Of a stretch of DNA of 64,000 nt, positions 47,066 to 56,031 are shown piece by piece. The position numbers and the translations under genes were made by a program. The stretch comes from Clostridia bacterium (lineage in GTDB: Bacteria; Bacillota; Clostridia; Christensenellales; UBA1242). The notes under the pieces were generated by a model. It made no database searches, was not told the origin of the DNA, and saw nothing but the letters and a program-made list of their open reading frames with translations. Every line of letters begins with the position of its first letter. Position 1 is the stretch's first letter. Location: contig JAZUBK010000043.1 in NCBI GenBank assembly GCA_045638465.1, positions 8,416-72,415 on the forward strand, given 5' to 3'.

Positions 47066-47094
47066 TTGAACTTTTAACTTTCTTAGTGTATAAT
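47066..47094 (+). promoter_or_regulatory. Near-consensus sigma-A promoter of the giant-protein operon
   Basis: TTGAAC (47066-47071), 17-nt spacer, TATAAT (47089-47094), preceded directly by TG. Confidence 0.6.
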
Positions 47095-47144
47095 GTTTTT
47101 CGGCAATAAAAATATATTATATATATTTTTAATTATTTATCAAA

Positions 47145-47166
47145 AGTTAACAATTAGTTAACAATT
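47145..47166 (+). repeat. Perfect tandem 11-mer AGTTAACAATT x2 in the operon leader (candidate operator)
   Basis: 47145-47155 and 47156-47166 are identical. Each copy contains the palindrome GTTAAC. Confidence 0.7.
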
Positions 47167-47222
47167 CTATTTTATACTTGCTTTGAGCGAAAAGCAAAAA
47201 TGGAAAAGGAGTCTAAAAAACT

Positions 47223-47972
47223 ATGGCAAGAAAAGCTAGAGAAATCAGCATCATTAATAGTTATGTTATTTGCTTTAACGCTAGAGAGAATTTGACCTTT
47301 GACGTGGGTGATAAAAGAAACTTTTTGTCACTACTAAATGGGCTAAAATCTGACGGCTTTGAACTTCTTGCCTACAACTTAAAAGACAGGGCTTTTTATC
47401 TTTTTGCTTTTGATATCAAAATGAGCATTGACACTTTGCTTAGAAAGATTGCAGTTAGATTTGCAAAAAGCTACAACCAACGCCATTGTCGCAGTGGTAA
47501 AGTTTTTGCTGATAGAGCGACTACTACCCCAGCCCAAAATTATGACGATGTTATTTCTATGATTTTGAGGATACACGAACTTAACGATATTCAACCTACT
47601 AAGTTTTGTAGTTTCAAAAAATACTTTGAAGATTCTAATATTGACCAAGCCTTTATTTTAGAAAAGTTTGGCTCTGAAGAAAACTTCTATGAGTATTCTA
47701 AAAACAAAAGCAACGTATCAACTGACTCTTTACAAAAGAAACTTTCAGACAACGAATTAGAAGAATATATCTTCAACACATACAAACTAGATAGTGAAGA
47801 AATCAAAAACTTATCTACTCGCAAAAAGGAAAACTTCGTAACTAGTTTGATCAAACTAACCAAAGCCTCAGCTAGACAAATAAGTAGAGTTACTAGTTTA
47901 CCTTTGAGATTCCTTTGGGACTTGTACAAAAAATCTTCAACAGAGGAAAGGAAAGATGGAGAAGCAAGATAA
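47223..47972 (+). CDS. Y1/HUH (IS200/RAYT, COG1943-type) transposase-like protein lacking catalytic residues, with a C-terminal DnaA-C-like HTH
   Basis: 249 aa. MARKARE..., LLAYNLKDRAFYLF, SGKVFADR, ILRIHELN align to the family consensus MPRKAR..., AYCLMxNHxHLL, GHLFQDRF, LRYIHxNP. C-terminal ASARQISRVTSLPLRFL is HTH-like. Confidence 0.65.
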   Translation: MARKAREISIINSYVICFNARENLTFDVGDKRNFLSLLNGLKSDGFELLAYNLKDRAFYLFAFDIKMSIDTLLRKIAVRFAKSYNQRHCRSGKVFADRATTTPAQNYDDVISMILRIHELNDIQPTKFCSFKKYFEDSNIDQAFILEKFGSEENFYEYSKNKSNVSTDSLQKKLSDNELEEYIFNTYKLDSEEIKNLSTRKKENFVTSLIKLTKASARQISRVTSLPLRFLWDLYKKSSTEERKDGEAR

Positions 47973-49221
47973 CAAAACAGATAAAGATTTGCCTTTAGAA
48001 AAAGTTAATAAGTCTACTAAAAAATCATCTACAAAAAAGCCACCTCAAAAAACTAACAATAGTGGCAAGAAAAAAGAAATCGAACTTCCAAAGTTTGAGT
48101 ACAAAAAACTTATCAATGAAGATGATGTAAAAAAAGAAGACTCTTTATCTAAAGTAGATGAGTTAACTACTAATTCTATAAAGACAGACAAATCTAAAAA
48201 ACTAAATAAATCTAAAAAAGAAAAAGCCAAGGCAAAAACAGATGAGCCAAAGCAAAAGAAAAAGTTTAACAAAAGATCTTTTGTTTCTATGTTAGTACTT
48301 TTTGTTTTGGGTATCAGTTCGGGACTTTTTGCTGGTAATTGGTATGCAACAAACTTTATAGCAGGACCAGCTACCGACTATAGTTTGTTTTCTGAAGTAG
48401 AACTTAGAGCGGGTAACGACAAAATTGCAGCAGACTACGCAAACAAAGTTCCAACAGCAGATAGTGCATGGAAATCATTTATCGCAGCAGAAAAGAACTT
48501 TTACTCTGCAGATACATTTGATATTTTGACCAACGGCGTTGTTGATACTATCGTAAAACAAGATTTTTATTCTAGAAAAATCTACAACGGCGAAAAATTT
48601 TATTTTGAACAAATAAGTGACGGTATGGTTGCGGTGGCTAGTAAATATGTTTATGAGCCATCTAAATATATCTTGGAAGACAAATCAACACACATTGTTT
48701 GCTCAAAGGCAAAACTTAACGGAACAAGAACTATTAACGATTATCTTACTTGTGATTTTGGCTGTAAGCATGGCAACAAAAATGCTTATATCTTTAACAC
48801 AGATTATTCAAGCAAAACAACTACAATGACAGAAGATGAGTTTATTGAGGCTCTTGGCGGCAAGACTCTTAGCCCTATCTCTTATATAGTCTCTGACAAA
48901 ACCGTACTATCTTGCGGAAAGTTCAAGGTAGTTGGCAGTGGAGACGACACTAGATATACATTTACTATGAACTTACATAGTGGCGCTTCTGTTCTAAACT
49001 ATGTTAAACAAATGAAAACCGTAAGTGGTTTGTCAGATTTTCCTACATTTACCGAAGTCGTTTTTAACGTTAGCCTTCAAATGCTAGACGGCAAGGTAAT
49101 GTTTGATTATATATGCATCTCAGAAAAATATAGCGTTCCTTATGGTTCACTTACACCTAAATGTACAGGAACACTACACCAAAGATTTTTATTTAACGGG
49201 GATTATACAATTCCTGCTTAG
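47956..49221 (+). CDS. Single-pass anchored protein: ~105-aa Lys-rich N-terminus, TM, ~295-aa extracytoplasmic domain of unknown fold
   Basis: 421 aa. Overlaps the upstream gene by 17 nt. TM is FVSMLVLFVLGISSGLFAGNWYA. Confidence 0.65.
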   Translation: MEKQDNKTDKDLPLEKVNKSTKKSSTKKPPQKTNNSGKKKEIELPKFEYKKLINEDDVKKEDSLSKVDELTTNSIKTDKSKKLNKSKKEKAKAKTDEPKQKKKFNKRSFVSMLVLFVLGISSGLFAGNWYATNFIAGPATDYSLFSEVELRAGNDKIAADYANKVPTADSAWKSFIAAEKNFYSADTFDILTNGVVDTIVKQDFYSRKIYNGEKFYFEQISDGMVAVASKYVYEPSKYILEDKSTHIVCSKAKLNGTRTINDYLTCDFGCKHGNKNAYIFNTDYSSKTTTMTEDEFIEALGGKTLSPISYIVSDKTVLSCGKFKVVGSGDDTRYTFTMNLHSGASVLNYVKQMKTVSGLSDFPTFTEVVFNVSLQMLDGKVMFDYICISEKYSVPYGSLTPKCTGTLHQRFLFNGDYTIPA

Positions 49222-49230
49222 GAGAAAGTT

Positions 49231-52200
49231 ATGAAAAAATTTCTAAAAGGATTGAGATACTTTTTGTGCTATGTGGCAATAACGCTATCCACAGCTGTAG
49301 GCGTGGTTGTTTATCAGTCAAATAGTGCAGGTAGTGTTAGCAACGGAAATTTAGCAGGTTCTACCGTAGGACAGGTAGAAAATAACTTAATGGAAGTTGT
49401 TACAAACTTAATGGACCTTGAAAGTTTTAATGTAAATAGCTCTGTATCATTAACTGATACCACAAAGCCTTCTTCAACACCTATTGATATTGACTTTAAT
49501 ATCGATATCAACCTAGGCACTGGGTTTTCTTCTATAGAGGCTGATGGTGTATTTGATATAGCACTAGACAACAAAACTTTTGATGTAGCAATTAGGTTTG
49601 TAGATAATACTTTCTATGTTTCTGCACTAGACCAAGATATTCAGTTCACAGCATCTGGACTTGTCGAGGGTATTGGCGGCGTACTAGCACTGCTTGATGT
49701 AGACCTTCCACTAGACAGTAGCCTTATGGAAAACTTTGACGTTACTGCACTTCTTGGATATATGGGTGAGTACAAAGAAGTAGAAACCGAAACAGGATAT
49801 AATATAAACCTTGAGTTTATGGGTTATGATATAGCAATGGTTTGCGACAACTTGTTTAACTTAAACTCAGTAGTAATAGAAAATATGGCTATTGAAGGGT
49901 TTAAAATTGACCTAAACTTAGGACTTGAAACTTATGAGCAAAAGGTTGAAATCACAAAACCTCAACATAGCTTTATAAATCTTGATACAGTAACAAGCCT
50001 TGTTAATATGACTCAAGATGTTTTAGAAAACAACTTTGTTATGGCAGATATCTCTGCAAGTTACGAAGGTATAAACCTAGACTTTAATGCTAAAGCAGAT
50101 TTTTCAGACAACTTTATTATGAGTCTTACAACTCCAGCTTTTGACGGAATTAACTTCTCTTTCAAAAATGGCAGTTTGTATGCAAACGTTGGCAACCTAA
50201 AAGTTAAAGGAAGAGCTGCCGATATATCTACAATAATTGATTTCGTAAACGGAGACTTGAGAGCAAATATCGAAAGCATCTCTCCAGAAATTGTAGAAAC
50301 TATCACCTCTAAGACAAATGAGATTACTTCATCTATCTCAAACGAACTAAAAAATATAGATGCAAATAAGCTTCTTGATTATATAGACTATCTAACAATA
50401 TCAGATAACCAAATCATTATTGATATACCAAGCACTGCCAAAGTTGTAATAGATATTGAAAGTGGTTATATTACTTCAATTACTGCAAACGCCTATGGCG
50501 TAGATCTTACAATAGATAATATATCTTTTGAAAAACAAGCTATCGAAATTAACACAAATGACTTTGTTGATTTTGACAAAGTATTCCCAACTTTCAAAAC
50601 TTTTGTAAACACACTATTTACAAAAGGTATCAGTGGTACAATGACATTTGGCCGTGGAAACAAAACAAACTCTCTAAACTACGGAATAAGATATACAAAC
50701 CACTTCGAAACAAGTTTTGATACAACTATATTAAACAAAACAGTTTCTGTAGTTTCAGACAACTCAAAAGTTTATTTGATGGTAGATGGCATAAAGGTAA
50801 ATGTAGACCTTGCCGAATACCAAACAATTATTGATTACATAAACGAAACCTTTAATCAAAACATTTCTTTGCCTAGCTTTGAGATGCCAGAGATTGACCC
50901 ATACACAATGGTTGTCGGGGCTATCTCTTCTATAGATTATCTAAAAGCTATTGATAGTGGCATCGAACTATCTATAGGCGGAATTGTTATCCAAATTATT
51001 TCAAACGAAAACTATATCCAAACGCTAAATGTAAAATACAACGATTATTCATTTGCTCTAAATATTACAGGTTACGGCGAAGTTGAATTGTTTGACATAG
51101 ACAAAGACGACTACCTAGTATTTAGCGATCTTACAAACTACGTAGACAAAGCAACAAGCTTTGCAAATAGCACAAGCTTTAATATGCACCTTGGCATTAT
51201 GGCAGACATAAATGGCACAGACATTACAGCGATGGCAGACGGAAGAGTTGGACTAAACGGAAATGTAGAAGCAACCGTTACTACTACAGTTAATGATTTT
51301 GGCCTAGATTTCTCTATGGCTTTGACTGATGATGCTTTGGGCCTAACATATGACGGACTAAACGTTTATGCAAAACAATCATCAATTGGTGCTCTTACAA
51401 ACATTATCAAAAACATTGTTCCAAATTATGTAAATATTGATAGTTTGCTACAACAAAATAATATAGACCTTGATAAAACACTAAGCTCAGACATTAAACT
51501 TCCTGCTATAGATACAAAACAACTTATCTTAGCAGTAAAACGACTAAATCTTAACAAAGATACTCTAACAGCAGAACTTGACTGCAGCGAATTCACTTCA
51601 GGCGAAAAATCAACTGCAATTGTCGTTGTAAGAATGGTAAATGGCGGATACGAACTAAGAATAGGTTTAGTATATAACGATATAGTTATTAATTTGTACC
51701 TAAAACTTACTTCTACAGAAGACTTTACAGCTTCTATTCCAGCAGATGCAATCGATGTGGAAGACTACTTAAATCTTGTAGAATATATGCACAATACAAT
51801 CGATAGCAGAAATCTAGCACTAGACGTAACTGCAACAATCGACCAAACAGAAATTGTAGCTAAAGTTCTTGCAGACTTTAGATCTACTCTAAAAGTTAAA
51901 GCAACAACAGAAAGTTTGGGTAGCAAACTAGATGTTGTTTATGCAAGTGATATAAACAAACTACTTGTTACATTTGGTGATATCAAAATCTCAGGCAAAT
52001 CTTCTGACCTTGCAGATATCCTAAACTTTGTAAAAGTAGACCTAAACAATGCGCTTTTAACTTATGGCGAAAAGGCTTTGTCAAAGGTTAACTTTGAAAG
52101 TCTAACTCAAAGCAAAGATACAACTATTACATTTGAGGATATAAAAGATATCCTACACTCTATCACATTTGGTGATGACACAATTAGTTTTGTAAAAGAT

Positions 52201-55200
52201 AACATTGTTGTTACTTTGACAATTACAAACAAATCAATCTCAAATATCAAGTTTGCTATAGATAATATCGTAGTAAATGTAGGTGTTTCAGACAATACCC
52301 AAGCAATTACATACACAACTGCAGGTTATAGTGCATTTGAAAACATCTTGGATAATCTAAAAGCAATTACAAATGTTGCAACCTCTCAAGCTTTTGGCGG
52401 AAAGGTAACTATAACTTACAACAAAGATAAAACTTACACAGGAAACCTAAAAGTTAACTACATTAATAATGTATTGAGCGTTCATGTAGATTCTAACGTC
52501 TACGACCAAGATATATCTATTGATATTATTGGCTCTATAGTTTATGTAAAACTAAACGAACTAAAACTTCAAGTTTCTTGGGCAGAAAGATATGCTCTTC
52601 AAGAATATCTAAATTCAAAATTTGATTTACAATTAGATATTGATGCTATATTCAATATGGCAAAAGGCGTTGCAAGTTCTACAAAAGACTTTAGCCTAGA
52701 CAATATCAATATCGACTTTATCTCAAACTTTGTAGCAAACAAAAACGGCCTTGACATTACAGTAAGTGATATTCCTGTATCTCTTGGCATCGCAAAATAC
52801 GGCGACACTGACAAAAACTATTTGTCTTATATCTCTGCAGGTTATGACAAATTTGACATTTCAATTAACGAAATGACATTTGGTCAAGACGCAATAGTAA
52901 ATAGCGTAAACGCAACAGAATATCACAAGTACACAGACTTTACAAAATATTTCGACGAGATAGAGAGATTGATCAACGCATCTAAAGATAGCGCAACAGA
53001 CCAATACACTCTAAAAGGCGGAATCAAACTATACAAACTAGACGCAAACGGCAATGCTCTTGTAACTGATGGAGTTGCAGATGAAATCACAATCTCTATT
53101 AATGATTTGAAATTTGACGCAACCAAGAACACCTTTATTGGCGGAATCGATGCTAAAGGCTCTGGCTCACTATACGAAAGTTACCTTTCTGGCTATGACC
53201 ACAGCTTTGATGCGGCATATGATTATAACTTCATCTATTTTGATTACAACGGCCTAAGAGCTAAGTTTAGTAAACAAAGTAACAGTGAGTTTATCACCAC
53301 TCTAAAGAAAATGCTTCCTACATATCTTGGCGACACTCCGCTTACAAGACAATTAGTTTCTATATTTGATATGATTAGGTTTGACACTATGGGTAATATG
53401 TTATTCAACCCAGTAAAACTTGACGTAACATACAATATGATAGAACAATTTGCTCCTATGCTATCTACACTAAAATTAGAAGAAAATGGCAGCCTAACTA
53501 TTGGACTTGACATCTCTACACTAGACCCAACATTTAAAGAAGAATTGCTTTTGAATGTATCTATTGACGAAAGCGGTAGACTTGCTCTAGTTATAAACAA
53601 ATTCAAACTAACAAAAGATCTTGCTATTGACTTTACAATCTATGTAGACACTGCAAGTACCTTTACTGTAAATCCAGAGGGCGACTATCTTGATATGACT
53701 TCTATTGGCAAACTTCTTAGCGATTTTGATAACACAGCCCAAAAGACAACTACCGACAACGAAGTTTATAAACTAAACCTAAGTGGTAGCTTCCACCTAA
53801 AGATTGCAGTAAGCTTTATCAAGATCAACGAAGATATCCCATTTAAAGCACAACTTATCATCGATAGAAACAGCAATCAATTAATCGAAGCAAAAATCGA
53901 AGTTGATATGCCATCTATTATTTTAGTTACCGATGGTTGCTACTCAACTCTATATCTAACCAATAGACTAGAGGGCGAAAATATTTTGTATATTGATAGA
54001 CAAGGCAAAGACCCTCTAAAATCAAAATACAAAGTAAGTGAGCTTGGCGCTAACCTACTAAATGTTATTTCTGATATTACTGCAATATCTTCATCAACCC
54101 TAGAAACATTTATGACTATGGACATCAAATATATCGATGGCCCATCTAAGGCAGAAAATGTATTGAAAGATTATTCTTGCGTAACAGGAATAAATACAAG
54201 AGATTATACTATTGGCCTAGACCTAAGACAAATTACTCGTATGGATATGATGCTTGGCTACTCTGCATCTAACCCTACAGGAGTTGTTATCCATTCACAA
54301 AACAACGCTTTCTCATCAATTGATATCAACAATATAACCTTAGAGGCTATATCAAATGTATTTATTTATGTAAATGGTACAATCGACCTTACAAAGATAA
54401 ATCAAACAAGTGATATTATAGGCGAAATCGAAAACCTTGACGCTACACTTTATGGCTCATGGGGTGATGGTAGCTTAGTTGCTGACTTTATCGAAAATGG
54501 TGGTAGCAACGTTCCAAACAAAATGGGAACAACTGGTAGAAGCTTTACTCTTCCTGTTCCTGTAAAAGAAGTTGTAAACGGCAACACCTTAGAAGTTTAT
54601 AAATTCCTTGGCTGGAGCCTAAATAGTGACGGTAGCGGAGAGCTTTATAACGGCAAATATATGTTCGAAACAAGTTCTCTTACATTCTACGCTGTATGGG
54701 AGCTAGATACTGTCTACACAAGCAGAACAATTAATTTTGTTACAGAGTATCTAATGGCAAATGGTATCGATAGTAAAGTAGAAAACAATATATCATCTAT
54801 TACAAACTATAATGGATACGACATCTCAAACAGCTTACCAACTATAAGCGACACAGTTACTATCTACTACGAAGACGAAGGCGTATCTATCACATATAGA
54901 TATGACGGTTTATTTAAAACAAGAACAGTAAATAGTGACGGAACTATTGTCTATAGCGACAAGTTTGATCAAACAGTTATGCCAAACGAAGATTTGACAT
55001 TGTATGCAAGTTTTGTGGAAATCGACAGAGTTTATAAGAGAAAACTTACTATCTTAGATGAAAGCAAGACTTTGTACGAAGGTTACTTCGTAGAAGGCGA
55101 TGTTATCGACATCTTGAGTTTGGTTGCATACAAAGATACAACTAGATGGTATGATGATTATGACGCTACTGCTACAACAAGATACACCAACGAAATCTTA

Positions 55201-55893
55201 ACAGTTGACCTTCCAACCACAATGCCAAGAGGAAATGACCTATCACTATATGTTAGAAATAAGTATACTATTACTTATACTTCAAACTTCGGTGACAAAA
55301 AGACATATACTCAAACAGATTATCAAGGAGAACCTATTTCTCTTCCTACTCAAACAAGTTATGAAAATATCGTATACAAAGAAGAAAAAGATTCTGACGG
55401 AAATAAGATTCCAAACTACCTATCAACATTTGTATATGAAGGTTATACATTGAGTACTGATTCTTCAGTTGCAGTACCAAGCGTTATTCCAAGCAAAAAC
55501 GCAACATATGCAGCAAAATGGTCAAATATAACTACAAGTTATGTAAAAGTTACCTTCTCTTCTCCTTGGGTAAAACCAAGTGCTTGGTGGTTTGGTTGTT
55601 CTCAAGAAGTGGCGCCTAGAGGAACTCTTGTAAGATATGTTCTAAACGGCTCAACTCTAAACAATACAACCCTAAGCAAAAAGACCTCTATTATTGGTCT
55701 TACTGCAAACGAAGACGAAAACATTTCTGACTACTGTGTATATAAATATGCTATAAAATATAAATTCTCTATTACCGTATGGAATAAAGAAGGCGCTAAA
55801 AACCACAACACAGGAAGTGCAACAGCAAAGAGTTGGACAATTACTGGCGATACAACATTCTATGGAGAATGGGAGTGCACAGGCATTGTTTAA
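49231..55893 (+). CDS. Giant (2,220 aa) N-terminally anchored exoprotein with ~195-aa periodic modules and C-terminal Flg_new-type repeats
   Basis: Uninterrupted ORF with RBS AGGAGA. N-terminal helix YFLCYVAITLSTAVGVVVY. Seven recurring beta-strand/helix anchor motifs. C-terminal YKFLGWSLNSDGSGELYNGKYMF..LTFYAVWE. Confidence 0.8.
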   Translation: MKKFLKGLRYFLCYVAITLSTAVGVVVYQSNSAGSVSNGNLAGSTVGQVENNLMEVVTNLMDLESFNVNSSVSLTDTTKPSSTPIDIDFNIDINLGTGFSSIEADGVFDIALDNKTFDVAIRFVDNTFYVSALDQDIQFTASGLVEGIGGVLALLDVDLPLDSSLMENFDVTALLGYMGEYKEVETETGYNINLEFMGYDIAMVCDNLFNLNSVVIENMAIEGFKIDLNLGLETYEQKVEITKPQHSFINLDTVTSLVNMTQDVLENNFVMADISASYEGINLDFNAKADFSDNFIMSLTTPAFDGINFSFKNGSLYANVGNLKVKGRAADISTIIDFVNGDLRANIESISPEIVETITSKTNEITSSISNELKNIDANKLLDYIDYLTISDNQIIIDIPSTAKVVIDIESGYITSITANAYGVDLTIDNISFEKQAIEINTNDFVDFDKVFPTFKTFVNTLFTKGISGTMTFGRGNKTNSLNYGIRYTNHFETSFDTTILNKTVSVVSDNSKVYLMVDGIKVNVDLAEYQTIIDYINETFNQNISLPSFEMPEIDPYTMVVGAISSIDYLKAIDSGIELSIGGIVIQIISNENYIQTLNVKYNDYSFALNITGYGEVELFDIDKDDYLVFSDLTNYVDKATSFANSTSFNMHLGIMADINGTDITAMADGRVGLNGNVEATVTTTVNDFGLDFSMALTDDALGLTYDGLNVYAKQSSIGALTNIIKNIVPNYVNIDSLLQQNNIDLDKTLSSDIKLPAIDTKQLILAVKRLNLNKDTLTAELDCSEFTSGEKSTAIVVVRMVNGGYELRIGLVYNDIVINLYLKLTSTEDFTASIPADAIDVEDYLNLVEYMHNTIDSRNLALDVTATIDQTEIVAKVLADFRSTLKVKATTESLGSKLDVVYASDINKLLVTFGDIKISGKSSDLADILNFVKVDLNNALLTYGEKALSKVNFESLTQSKDTTITFEDIKDILHSITFGDDTISFVKDNIVVTLTITNKSISNIKFAIDNIVVNVGVSDNTQAITYTTAGYSAFENILDNLKAITNVATSQAFGGKVTITYNKDKTYTGNLKVNYINNVLSVHVDSNVYDQDISIDIIGSIVYVKLNELKLQVSWAERYALQEYLNSKFDLQLDIDAIFNMAKGVASSTKDFSLDNINIDFISNFVANKNGLDITVSDIPVSLGIAKYGDTDKNYLSYISAGYDKFDISINEMTFGQDAIVNSVNATEYHKYTDFTKYFDEIERLINASKDSATDQYTLKGGIKLYKLDANGNALVTDGVADEITISINDLKFDATKNTFIGGIDAKGSGSLYESYLSGYDHSFDAAYDYNFIYFDYNGLRAKFSKQSNSEFITTLKKMLPTYLGDTPLTRQLVSIFDMIRFDTMGNMLFNPVKLDVTYNMIEQFAPMLSTLKLEENGSLTIGLDISTLDPTFKEELLLNVSIDESGRLALVINKFKLTKDLAIDFTIYVDTASTFTVNPEGDYLDMTSIGKLLSDFDNTAQKTTTDNEVYKLNLSGSFHLKIAVSFIKINEDIPFKAQLIIDRNSNQLIEAKIEVDMPSIILVTDGCYSTLYLTNRLEGENILYIDRQGKDPLKSKYKVSELGANLLNVISDITAISSSTLETFMTMDIKYIDGPSKAENVLKDYSCVTGINTRDYTIGLDLRQITRMDMMLGYSASNPTGVVIHSQNNAFSSIDINNITLEAISNVFIYVNGTIDLTKINQTSDIIGEIENLDATLYGSWGDGSLVADFIENGGSNVPNKMGTTGRSFTLPVPVKEVVNGNTLEVYKFLGWSLNSDGSGELYNGKYMFETSSLTFYAVWELDTVYTSRTINFVTEYLMANGIDSKVENNISSITNYNGYDISNSLPTISDTVTIYYEDEGVSITYRYDGLFKTRTVNSDGTIVYSDKFDQTVMPNEDLTLYASFVEIDRVYKRKLTILDESKTLYEGYFVEGDVIDILSLVAYKDTTRWYDDYDATATTRYTNEILTVDLPTTMPRGNDLSLYVRNKYTITYTSNFGDKKTYTQTDYQGEPISLPTQTSYENIVYKEEKDSDGNKIPNYLSTFVYEGYTLSTDSSVAVPSVIPSKNATYAAKWSNITTSYVKVTFSSPWVKPSAWWFGCSQEVAPRGTLVRYVLNGSTLNNTTLSKKTSIIGLTANEDENISDYCVYKYAIKYKFSITVWNKEGAKNHNTGSATAKSWTITGDTTFYGEWECTGIV

Positions 55894-55899
55894 TAAAAC

Positions 55900-55931
55900 A
55901 AAAAAAGACTAGAATTTTTCTAGTCTTTTTT
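55900..55931 (+). terminator. Intrinsic terminator of the giant-protein operon
   Basis: Stem agactag / ctagtct followed by a T-run. Confidence 0.7.
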
Positions 55932-55990
55932 ATTTTTTTTAACTATCTTTTGCAACTATTATCTTAACAATATCTTTATTATATTTCATA

Positions 55991-56024
55991 AAAAAACGCC
56001 CTAAGATAACTTAGGCGCTTTTTT
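55991..56024 (-). terminator. Intrinsic terminator of the HTH-RSH bicistron
   Basis: Minus strand GCGCCTAAG-ttatc-CTTAGGGCG (one bulge) followed by a T-run. Confidence 0.65.
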
Positions 56025-56031
56025 GTTTATA

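Noticed and set aside
47223-47972. Active IS200/IS605-family insertion sequence
   Set aside because: The HUH and catalytic Tyr positions are substituted and there is no tnpB. There are no paired subterminal hairpins on both sides, and the gene overlaps and is co-oriented with the downstream operon.
49231-55893. Giant protein as an AsmA/TamB/YhdP-like lipid-bridge protein (N-terminal TM plus long repetitive beta-rich body)
   Set aside because: It is tempting architecturally, but I cannot see any family-specific motif. The organism looks monoderm (lipobox lipoproteins, no outer-membrane genes in the window). The C-terminus carries adhesin-type Flg_new repeats. I leave this as something for structure prediction to test, not as a claim.
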